Source of the DNA: Pelomyxa schiedti
Lineage: Eukaryota; Protista; Evosea
Length of the DNA: 64,000 nt
Assembly (NCBI GenBank): GCA_020536535.1
Contig: JAHLWZ010000843.1
Coordinates: forward strand, 1-64,000
Reading direction: 5' to 3'
Each line of letters begins with the position of its first letter. Position 1 is the stretch's first letter. Positions 16,371 through 28,100 of this stretch are shown here, one piece after another. The translations under genes were made by a program, and so were the position numbers. The notes beneath the pieces are model-generated. The model saw only the letters and a list, made by a program, of their open reading frames with translations. It ran no database searches and was not told the origin of the DNA.

Positions 16371-18022
16371 ATGAGGGGAAGAAGGCGAGGGCGGGCGTCG
16401 CGGCACGGCGGGGAGCCGGATGGTGTTGCTGTTGCCGCCGATGCAAAACTCACCGCTGCGGCCACCAACACTGACACAAGCGCAAGTGAACGCGCCGAGC
16501 ACCGATCCCACAATGACAACGAGACGGCCGACACCAGCAACAACAGCGACGGCGGCGACAACGAGGGCGAAAACGACGAGGAACCGACGGAAGGGGGAGG
16601 CAGGCGCGCGCGGCCAGAGACTCGCGAGAAGATGAGGAAGAGGCACAGGCTGGAGGCCAAGCAAGTCGACGCGCAGGTGGCGAAGATGATGGCAGGGTGC
16701 CCTCGCCGGGACCCCAGGCGGCCCGAGGTGGAGGCGCAGGCGGCGGCCCTCAGGAAGCAGACTGCAGATCGACACGCCGCTGAATCGGTGCGCGTGCGCG
16801 TGTGCGTGTGCGTGCGCGCGTGTGTGTATTATATATTATATGTGCATTTTCAATACAAACTTTAGTGATTTTTTTTTGGCGAACTGGGTGGCGGTTTTTG
16901 TGTATGAGTTTTGTTCTTAAAGCAACTGTTCTAGGCGAATTTTGTTGAACCCACGCCGGAAAAGATAGAGGAGCCAGTAATTCCTGATTCTGTATTGAAT
17001 CGGCGTCTCCAAAAGCAGAAGCAACTTGTATGATTTCATTTGTTATTAATAGTACTAAATAGAAATTCCCAGACTAGTTTACTTAAAGATGGATGGTTTT
17101 CGTTTTAATACTGCCACAGGAGCAACAAAGGCATAAAGAGCTGGAACACATCAGACGTGTAGCTGAATTAGCTGCTCAACCTTCACCAGATGAGATAGAA
17201 ACTCAACAAATTTCCGCTCATCTAACTCCACATGGATTCAAAATATTCAAGGTTTTGCCTTCGAAAATTCCCGCTTTTTCATTAAGCTTTTTTCTTTTGG
17301 TAGGTTCCAGCTGATGGCAGCTGCCTGTTCAGTGCCTTAGCAGATCAATTGACTCGACTTTCTTGTGTTTTCCCACCTGTGTGCACAGAGTTTTACACCT
17401 CAGCAATCAAACACTCGTAGGGTGCACATGATTTGGTGAAATTCCTTCGCAATACTGCTGCACACTACATTGAATCACACCCAGATCTATTTGTCGGTTT
17501 CATTGAATCTGATAACCCAAAATGTTTGCAAACCACATTGCTCCCTTTCCCATTAAATCTTCCTCAGCTTCCAATGCTCAGAAAGTGCAAGCATACTGTA
17601 AGAAGATCCGCAATGGTGACTTGTGGGGAGGGCAGCAGGAAATCGTTGCACTCGCCAACGCTCTTGGATGCACTGTTCACATCCACAACACCTCAGAAAC
17701 ACCGGTCATAATTGGCCCCTCTGACGACACACCCCACGAAACACCAGCAACAGTTACTAGCACAAGCTCCACTACAGTGGCTCCCACACAAGAGCAAGAA
17801 GAGGCCAACGACCCATCCAGTGTCAGTGAAACAACACCCCAAGGCAACAAGAAAAAGGGCAGTACAAACAACAAGAGAAAGGGTACAAAACTAGCAAACT
17901 CCACAGCAGCAACACACAGGCCCCCTGTCACTTTCCCGCACCCCAATCCAGTTCTGCACATCAGCTTTCACCTGCATGCCTACACCCTAGGCGAGCACTA
18001 TAACAGCGTAGTATCCCTATGA
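16371..18022 (+). CDS. OTU-domain deubiquitinase, OTUD6/Otu2-like
   Basis: N-terminal RKRHRLEAKQV...DRHAAE coiled region, catalytic VPADGSCLFSALADQL, LWGGQQEIVALA and HAYTLGEHYNSV. Confidence 0.92.
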
Positions 18023-18110
18023 CAACACACACCCAAACAACCAGAACATAACCCATTCCTTCAGCATTCGGGGCTTTGTGTTTTTCCAATTTGTAAAAAC
18101 CAAACAAAAA

Positions 18111-21100
18111 ATGTCGACGTCGGTTCAGCCGCAGGAGGAGAACGACAATCAAGGGGAGGAGGCAGCAGAGAAGGGCGAGGGGGACGAGGTAGCAGGCGAA
18201 GAGGAGGCCGACGAGGAAGAGGAGGAAGAAGGGGAGGGGGAGGCGGAGGATGAGGATGAGGATGAGGATGAGGATGAGGAGGAGGAGGAGGAGGAGGAGG
18301 AGGGAGAGGACCGAGGTGGCGCCGCCCAGGATCAGCAGCAGGGTGGGGCGGAGAAGGCGGACGGCGGGGGATCCATGGAGGACAACAGCGGGGACGACGG
18401 CGAGGACTGCGGCGGCACCAATAACGGCGCCTGGGGCGAAGACGACGGCGGCGGCGGCGGCGCCCCGCCCCCCGACACAGAAACAACCAGCAGCAGCAGC
18501 AGCGGCGCGCAGGAGGGGGCAGCCAGGACCCACGGGGCAGGGGAGACGGCAGGAGGGGCGGGGGGCAGGGGCAGGGGCGCCCCGTGGCTACGACTGCCTC
18601 CCCGGGTGCGCCAGCGGGGGGCGGGTGTGGTGCCTGGACTGCGGCGCGGTTCTGTGTGTTACACACGACCCGTTTGTGCACAACTTGCCGGCTCTGAGGT
18701 AGCTTGGTGGTCGTGGTTGTTGCTTGCGCTTGTGCGTAGTTGTTGGTATCTAGTTGTCACTGGGTGCTTTTTTTTTTTTGTTGTTGTTGTTGTTGTTGTT
18801 GTTGTTATGATTATTATATGGATTTGTTGGCTGAAAGAGGACAAAGGGGGCATGGAAAGAAAATCAGTTTGGATGACCCAACTACAGTTCCTAGTGTATT
18901 TTGCGCGAGACACACTAGCAGATACACTGGGTGGTGTCAAGTGGACAAGGTTTGTCTTATTTGTTCCCTCATCCAGCTGGTTTTTCCTAACTACAAATTT
19001 CCTTCTTTACCAGACTCTCATTTGCCCAACTTGTTACTCAGAGTCACACCAAGGCCATGCCATTGTATCATTGGCTGACGCACGCTTACAAGTCTCCAAA
19101 GACATGCCCTCACTCCGTGGGATTTGTACGGGAAAAAGCGAGGCCCAACAAAAAATACAAACCCAGCTTGATACTATCACCACATTGTACCAGTCATCTT
19201 ACAGAAATTTATGCACTCAAGTTATTACTCACTCCCACAGAAACCCCAACTATTAATAACACTCTACAGATAGGCTTACTGATAGAGTCTCTAGAAAAAA
19301 TGAAACTCTCCCTCAGTGCCTCTATTGCCACCTCCCGAAACCTTCAGGAGAAACAACTTAAAGAAGCTCTTTCCAAGTGCAGTCCTTCTCGTCAAGTTAC
19401 ATCACTAGTGGTAGGAAATAAATGAAGCACAAAGGAATTTATTTACCACTCCACAGGAAAGGCTCCTGTCTTTAGAATCCACGCCAGACAACAGTTCAAT
19501 GTTATCAGTATATTCGAGTTTATATCCCCTGAGGCATTCCTTTGAAGAGTCTGCAGATAAGGCGATAGATCCATATTTAACTCCGCTTCCATCTATCAAA
19601 CTTTGTGGGGTTGAGGAAGTCAAGGCAACCATTTTGAAAATGTGTTGGGAATTTGAAAACTCTTCCCCATCTGAGAGTACCAAGCTGAAAACCAAACAGC
19701 CTAGTACAAACAAAGAAACAATTGTCGAATGTACTCAAACAACACATCAGAAATTTCCTCAAGGTTCCGCACCAGTGGACACCCAAGTCACGCAATCGGT
19801 GGAACCTTCTTTTTCCACTCAATCAACTGTTGCTTCTTCTTCTCAATCTACAAGTATTTCTGCAGCCCCCCGCTCAATCGCCCCATCACCACCAAACCCT
19901 ACGGCACCTGTTCCTTTTGCACGAGAGTGCAAAGACTTCTATACTTTAGGACTTCACAATGACTCCGTATTACTGTGGTTAAAAAATCATGGAATATCCA
20001 AGCCCTCACATGTTCAGCAGAATGTACTGACACATATTTTTTCTGGTATCTTCCCATTAATCAGCTGTTCTATGGTGATCAAATCCAGGAGAAAATGTCT
20101 TCCTTCAAGCAGTACCTAGCACTGGCCGAACCACCTCATTTATAATTGCTGCCCTTAATGCAATAGATTACAGCCGTAGTCTTTGTCAAGGGCTCTTCAT
20201 TTGTCCCACTCTCACAGTTGCACACACAACATTCCAGGTATTTTTTTCTTTTATCTCAGGAAAGAAGTTCCCATAATAACTTTTAGGCGATGCAAGATTT
20301 TACTTCAAATATAACTCTTTGCACTCTCCATAGTCAAGTCAACCCCCATGCTGCCCTTATTATTGGAACAATAGACAGTATTGCTGAGGTTTCGTTTCTA
20401 ATTAACTTTTGCCCTTCTAATCACTTTAGGGGTTAAACAGTGGGAAGTTCAGCATTTCAGCCGTAAAAATGGTAGCTTTCTGTCGTGCAACAAGAATTAT
20501 CCCTCCGTATGTAAGGGGCAACCTTGCCTTATTTATCTAATGTGTCCCCATACAGTGGCCTTTCCGCTTCAATAAACACTCTCCTTAAGCACGTACCTCT
20601 GACAGCACAAGTTTTGATGTTTGACCGAGTTCCTTCCTTTGATACACTCGATGTACTCCACAGGTTTGGCAAAGATAAAGCCACTTCCATCACCCAATCC
20701 GGTGAGGCAAGGCCAGCCACCCCCTCAGCCTCTACAGCTCCTTCTCCAAACAACCAAATCAACGCACACAGCCCCACCCCAAGCCCCAGCCCCAGCCCCA
20801 CACCCGACACCCCAAAGCAAAGTAGCTCCTCCAACCCCGAAGGTCCTGCCCCAACAACACCAAATCCAATCACAACAACAACAACCCCCACATCCACAAC
20901 CACCCCGTCTCCGCCGCCCCCAGCATCCCAAGTCCCATCATCCGCTGCGTCCTCCGCGCCGCCCCGCTCCACAAAATCCACGCCGACCAAGCCCCCTTCG
21001 CCCCCAGCGAACCAGCCATCTTCCTCGTCCGCTAGCTCCCCGGCACCGGCACCCACCAGCGCCTCGGAGCCCTCGCCCCATAATGGTGGTGGCGATGGTG

Positions 21101-21693
21101 GTGGTGCGGTGGCCAAGAGTGCCACCACTGGCACCCCGGCGGTGCCGGCGCACCGGCTGAAGCTCTACTACGCGGTGATACAGCAGGAGTACGACATATC
21201 GCAGGTGTTTGCCCACATTGTGCAGCACATGTCTGGGAAGCACAGGAAGGTGCTGCTGGTCCCCTCGACGCTCAAGAAGCAGGACAGCCAGAGGATCGCG
21301 GAGCACCTCAAGACCCACATAACCAAGTACCCTGTTTCCAACCTGTTTGGCGCCAAGAAGGAGGACCCTGAGTGCAAGGATTTCGTCAAGTCCAAGTCTG
21401 CGGCTGCAGTTGTCAACAACTATGACTTGATATCGATATCTTCTTCCACTCTAGTGATTGTTCAGGGTGTATCTGTTCTCCCATCACCAGCCATGTGTGT
21501 AATTCTTTACTCTTTACATACTATCAAAATGCTCAGATAAAATCCCCAATCAACTATTTACCACTATCACAGGCTAAAGAACCTCCCGGAATTGGAAGTG
21601 ATCTTTTTACTTTTAGAGAGTCACAAATCAGGACTGGCAAGGTGGGGTGAGACTGTCAAAATTCCGTTTACCGAAATCTTGTTTGGTAGTTAA
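18111..21693 (+). CDS. Acidic N-terminus + two B-boxes + coiled coil + degenerate DEAD-box (eIF4A-like) helicase; one apparent frameshift near 18540-18580
   Basis: B-box1 CLPGC..WCLDCGAVLCVTHDPFVH; B-box2 CARH..WCQVDKTLICPTCYSESHQGH; Q-motif DFYTLGL..GISKPSHVQQ; motif I AVPSTGRT; Ia CPTLTVA; no DEAD sequence. The 3' exon structure is approximate. Confidence 0.72.
18240..18305 (+). repeat. (GAGGAT)n/(GAG)n coding microsatellite giving poly-Asp/Glu
   Basis: Directly visible tandem GAGGAT then GAG repeats. Confidence 0.9.
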
Positions 21694-21760
21694 AGAAATA
21701 AACTGGGTTACATGATTCTGCTTTATTTTCTCTCTCTTTTTTTTTTTGTTGTTGTGCTCA

Positions 21761-24700
21761 CTACGACTGTAACATTTTGTTTACGATCCAGTCCAGTCCC
21801 TTTTTTCGGATGCAGTATATTAGAACATTACCAAATGAAAGGTGTGGAGATGAACCTCATATAGTCCATCACCAGAAGTAGCACAACAGGCCTGGACAAA
21901 CCACTTCCTTGTCCTTATGTGGTGCAGACCAAGTTGGTCAGTTAGTTCGCCTACCGGCATGGCAGCCGGCAAATCTTGTTTGTTTGCAAACACAAGCACA
22001 ACGGCATCGCGGAGTTCATCCTCGGACAGCATTTTCTGAAGCTCTTCGCTGGTTTCTCCTATGCGTTCCCTGTCATTCGAGTCTACAACGTACATAAGAC
22101 CCTGGGTGTTTTGGAAGTACTAATGAAAGTGAGTGAGAGAAAGAGTGTGAATGTTGGGGTTGTTTAGTGTAACCAAGTGAGTGTTCATACATGTCTCCAT
22201 AGGGGTCTAATTTTGTCTTCTATGGTGAATTAGTTGAGAACATAGTCAAAGTCGTATTGGAGCAAGTCAAGTTCTTACCGCCTCCAGTATCCCACACTGT
22301 AAGGTTGACGTTTTTGTAAGTTACTGTCTCAACATTGAATCCAATGGTAGGTACTACAATGAACAAAGTGCGTTAGAATCAAACCTGTTTTTGGCGCTCG
22401 GGATAGAACTTACTGGTGGTAACAATTTCACCAAGTTTAAGCTATCGAAGACTTAGGTGAGGGAAAATGATGATGTGGTCAACATACTTTATACAGAATA
22501 GTCGTCTTTCCTGCAGCATCTAAACCTGAGGGTGAATTGAGCAAAGGAAACAGTTGAAGGTATGGTTTATAGGTACGCATACCAACCATCAACAAGCGGA
22601 ATTCTTTCCTTTTCGGTAACCATCCTTGAACAGTTGTGAACGTGACTGAGGCCGCTCGCTGAAGGAGTGAGGGCCTTCGAGCATCTTCTTCATCCCGAGC
22701 TCTCAGTCTTTTAGCGAACTGGTGAGAGTGTGGCCAAATATGGAAGGAAGCTACGACCTTTCGTAATAAGTGTGAGTGACGGGATGGTTCATAAGATATC
22801 GAAGTTTCCAGATCTCTTGCCCTGCCAAGCTGCTCGTTCCAGAGGCTCTGGTTTATGTTAAGTGGTATTTTTTTCACTTTGAGAATGTACAGGGTCTCTG
22901 GAATCAACGTTTTGGCAATTTTGCATATTCGTCGGTTTGGAGAACCAAGTTCCGTAGCCTCCCAGTCATAGGCGGGGGATACCCTCACATCCCTCAACGT
23001 CTTAGATTGAGCTGGGGAAAAAAAGGAATACCTGGTGTATAGCACCCTCCATAATTCATTTGAGGAAGAGAGAACTCTGAAAGCACTACTTGTCCGCCCT
23101 ATGGATATGAGGTCCTAAAACTGGGATGAAAACTGGCAATGATCCATCAAAATTCAAACTTTGGCACTCAAGTACAGAAGAATCTCATGAAGAACTTCAC
23201 GAGGAAAATTCTTGAGGGTTCCAAAGATAGATTGTTGCTCCTGAGATGGCTTATTCATCTGACTGGAACCACCTGATATTGCCGCTGTATGCAACCACCC
23301 ACAAGAGACCTGAAAGTAGTTATTTGGGAAAATTGACGGAGTCCTGCATACCGCTTTAATATTCGTGTTAGACATCGTAAACGCTTCGACAAGCGTAGGT
23401 GCAATATACTCTTGTTTCAAAAATTGACCACACTGTCCATTTTTACTTGAACCAAAAGTGTATCTGTCTTTATGTTAAAAAGAAAATGAGAAACTGTTCT
23501 CAACTTGCATTTTTCCAGAACTTGTAACTATGGCACTATGTGCCGCACTAAATGCTCCATTTGCTGACATGGCGATAACTCTATCACCTCGTGTGCACAG
23601 TTCAACATTGAAGGAGTCAATAGGCCTGCAAAAATATGATTCCCAGTATTATCTTCCATCGCCCATACGTGGGAACCAGAATATTTTGATCGACGGTGTG
23701 GCCGCACTGGCTCCTTCTCCCCATTGATAACACTGTATTATGTAACCCCTCAGTACTTGAAGTTGGCACAGTAGCGAGCAGTGTGTGATTGTCACCACAT
23801 GCCACAATTTCAATTGCTGGAGTCCCTGTTGGCAAAGGAACTGGTTGTGGAGTCGTTCTATCAATGACATCGCCAAGCCCAAGCTGGCCAAACCTAAGAA
23901 AACGAGTGAGATCGTTAGCAGGAGATCGCTTTCGTACCTATTTGAACCACAAGTAAATACGGTACCAGTTTCCGTCATATATGCAACATGTTGACCACCG
24001 CAAGACACTTTCCTGATTGGTTGCGTGAGTTTAACTTGCTGGGGATTCTCTCTATCCTATTGGAAGAGTTATTAACAGAGAAACAAGATTTTATCCATAC
24101 TTTTGTGTCACCCAACCCAAGCTGCCCTTTAGAATTAGTGCCCCATGAGAAAGCACTACCATCAGAACAGATAACTACAGAAAAGGCACCACCAGCACTA
24201 ATGTGAGAAGGTCTCGAAAGAGATTCCAGTGGAGTATGAAGTGCCTGCACCACAGTTGGTGCTAGTGACTTGCCACATATTTCACCCCACATCCACACAT
24301 CACAGACGGGAGAAGCTTCAAGTGCGAGGCAGTGCATGCCACCACAAGCAATTTCAGCAATTACGTGGCCGTACAATCTAATAAGAAATAATTAAAATTC
24401 CCATGGAAGTTATATTGTCACATAAATAAGAGCCTAATACACACCCAACAACCGGGCGAGGGATTGGCTTCTCCTGACAAGCCCAAGGCGTTGCACCCAC
24501 CATATTATTGGTAGTGGCAGTAGCAGTAGCAGCAGAATTTGTAGCAGCACCTTTAGGCGGTGCTCCCTTTGCTGGGGTAGCGCCCTTGGCTGTTGCAGGA
24601 TTGGTTTTTGATGCAGTGACGGCGGAGGGATTTGGGGTGGGAGTGGATACAGGTGTAGTTGTTCCACTGCCGCCTCCGCAGGAGTATACTTCCCCTGTGG

Positions 24701-24937
24701 AAGACAGAATCAAGGTGACTGCACCACCACAGGAAACAGACTTAGCATTAACTCTGGAACCAAAAAGTGTAGCCACAAATGCTGGGCACTGTCTAAAAGC
24801 AAAAAAATGTTAATTTATTGTTTGCTTTTAAAAAAAGGCAAAACAAACATAGGTCCCTATGACCTTTCGATGGAATCACCGTGGCCAAGTTGGCCGTGGG
24901 AGGCAACGCCCCACGTGTAGACGAGGCCCGCCGGCAT
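21761..24937 (-). CDS. RCC1-repeat + F-box + C-terminal Arf GTPase fusion protein
   Basis: RCC1 repeats ([60 protein letters not shown]); F-box [26 protein letters not shown]; open frame into [74 protein letters not shown]. Confidence 0.88.
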
Positions 24938-25181
24938 TATGGGAGCCGGACGAGATTCAGGTGCTGAAGTCATTATAGTGTGAGTCTCGGGGTCGACATT
25001 GGTGGCGAATTTGGTGGTTACCAGCATGCTTCGGTTACGGACTCACAGGTTTTAACCGGTAAACCGTTTTACACAGTGTGTCTCTGGACTTATTGCAGAA
25101 AGGCTTTGCACAACCAGTATTGAGGGGTTGTTAGTAACACAAAGAGTCGCAAGTTCCCGGGGTAATCTGTGTCAGTACAGA

Positions 25182-28100
25182 ATGGAAAATCAGATTTGGG
25201 CGAATCCAGAACAAAACCCAAAATTACACGCCGCCACGGGGAAGAACGCAAAGAGGAAGAAGGCAGCCGCGAGGGCAGCTGCCGCAAACCGTGACGAATC
25301 CGACGAGAGTTCCTCTGACAACAGCGAAGCCCCAGAGGCCCCCGATTCCCCGAGGAGGGCCACGGGCAAGCCTGAGGACGACCCCGTCTCCTCCTCTGAG
25401 GAAAACGACCAACACGACGAAGGCGCGGGCGCCAGCGCGGCCGCCACCACGAGCAGGGGCAAGGGCGGGCGCGGGAAGAGCCGCGCGGCCCCCAAGCCCG
25501 CCGCGACCCGCACGGGCCCGGCGGCGGCTCCCCCTGCGCAGCCAGCCGCGGCGGCCCCCACTCCGGGCCGCAGGCAGGCACGCCCAGCGCGCAACCCCCA
25601 GCTGGCAGTGATCAGATTCCTGCGAGAGGAATGCAGCCGCCACAGGGCGGAGGCCAGCTCGAGCACCCCCACTGGGCCAAGTGCCACGACTGGTAGTACT
25701 GGTGCTGCTGCTGCTGCTGTTACGACCACTGCTAGTACGACGGCCACGAGCTGCGGGGGAGACGATTATGGGTGCGCGCGGGAGGCGCTTGAGAAGCTGC
25801 GGGAGAAGCACGGGGTGAGGGCCGCCGCCCATAATTCCCACCCGCAGCTGTTTGCCCTCAAGTACGTGCAGCACGAGTGCGCCCCTGAGAGACTGGCGGA
25901 CCTGAATGGCGTACCAGCTGGATGCAGGGGTCTGGTGCTGAGCCATTCGCGGAATTCCGGGGGTTGCGAGTGGGCCGTTGTTGCCAGGCCCTTTGACAAG
26001 TTTCTCAATTATGGGGAACCTTTGGTAATTGCATCTTTGTGTTGTTTCTGTTTAATCTCTTGCTGGTTCTGGTTTTATTTCTTTGGTATTCGAAAACCCT
26101 AAACAAAACAAAAAGGCTCCAGAGATGGATTGGGGTAAATGCAAGATATATGAAAAAATTGATGGAACTCTGTGCATTTTATACTTCTACAATGGTGAAT
26201 GGATAATGAGTACAGGCGGAAGTGCTGATGGAATGGGCCAAGTCAAGTCTGCTAGTGAGAACAATGGTCACCCAATTATTTCTGTCCCACCTTTTTTTTT
26301 AGGTACTTTGACTTTCTGTGATCTTTTTTGGAGAATATTTAAGAAAAGTGGTTACTCTACACCCTCATCACCAGAGGCAATTAATTACACTTTCATGTTT
26401 GAACTCGTCTCCCCTCTCAATCGGGTACTCATACCATATGACACTGAGGCTCTTTATCTACTTGGAGCTAGGTCGATTCAAACTGGTTCCGAACTCGATC
26501 CGGCGCAGGCAAGCAGATTAGCTGGTGTTCCCTACACATTGTGTCCACTGAGGGAAGGTCTATGCACCTACGAGCAGGTGATACATGCTCTTAGAATGTG
26601 TGACCCACTCAAGCATGAGGGGTTTGTAGCAGTTGATTACACACGTGGTATCAGGGTCAAAGTAAAACACCCTGCATATGTATGCATGCATCATGCACTG
26701 GGTGACAAGCACTGGGGTGCTGATAGATTAATAGAGATTGTGAGAAGTGCTGAAGTGGGTGAAGTTCTGGCATACTTCCCTGAACTGAAAGGAAGGATTG
26801 AGGAAATGGCTGACATCTATTCTAAAATAGAGCAGAAAATGACAACAGAATGGGAAGCCTGCAAGTCTATAGATAGGAAGAAATTTCAGATATTTTTGTG
26901 CAATACTCCATTCCCTGATACTATGGAAGCACTACGAAGCGGGAAATGTACCTCAGTTCGTGATTTCCTTGCCAGTGTTGAGATAAAGAAACTTCGAGAG
27001 ATGTTTGGTATCTCTTCCGGGAAAGAAAAAGACAAAAGAAAACGAAATAAGCGGGGGAAGGCACAAGAGAACGAGACCAACTTGGAGAATGGAACAAGTG
27101 AAGCAAACGAGCCTCTCGATCGGCTCGAGGAAATACATCCTCAATATAGGATAGTCCATGGCTCAGAGGACTCTGTGGATCTCGACGTAGTTTACATTGT
27201 TGCAAATATGCCCTCAGTAGCTCAGTGTCACGCTTTTTGCAACGCAGGGGCAAGTTCAAGCCCAGTAGAAAACCGAAACATCGCAACCGTGTCAAATGGA
27301 GTCATATCAAAGTGTCTAAAGGGGCTACCAGATGAACTAAACAATGCCATTAGAAGAACTTTCAAGCTCCACGTAGAAAACAATTCCCTAGTGTGCCCAA
27401 TTCTTAGGAATACAGGCAGAGATATCAATGGGAAAGCTAGAGTATCCCTGCAGTCCATCCTTGGGTTACTAATACACAACACAGATGCAGAAACTAGAGC
27501 AGGTAGGCATTTTCTGACACTTCTCAGAAATTAACTTGGAAAAGTAATCGAATCGGCTGTGAAAAGTGCCCTCCACTCGCAGGATATACAATCCATGGCT
27601 AATGCACTTAAGACCATTACTCTTCAAGCAGTTATCCCTGTACTCGGAGTTGAAGAACGCAAGCGGATTGCCTTTCAGGTTGGACAACTACTTGTAAGTT
27701 TCACTTGCATTCATTTTTAATTAATTTAAAACAGCTAGGCCTTGATTCAAAATGTCGAACTTTACACAAAGAAGGAAATCAGTGATTACTTCCCTGAAAC
27801 TCGCCCATTGTTGTATCGAAAGCCGGTGCTATCTCCAGAAGAAAGTGACCTGTTCATCCAGTCGCTGTAAGTTCTTAATGGCATTTAATGAATATTCACT
27901 CTACTAGTCTCCGATTATGTAATTCCATTTCATCTCGTAATACGACAGTTCCTCTGCAAATTCCTCCAGAATGCTTCGCCCTTCCCAAACCCATTGAGTC
28001 ACTTTGTATATTTGACTTTGATGCCACCCTTTTTGCTTCTCCTTCTCCAAATCCCTCTCTGTGGACTGAGTCGAGCCTGCGAATCTTGAACTCAACGTGG

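Noticed and set aside
18540-18580. Frame change between the acidic N-terminus and first B-box
   Set aside because: It lies in G-run-rich sequence with no slippery-site evidence; treated as a probable sequencing indel.
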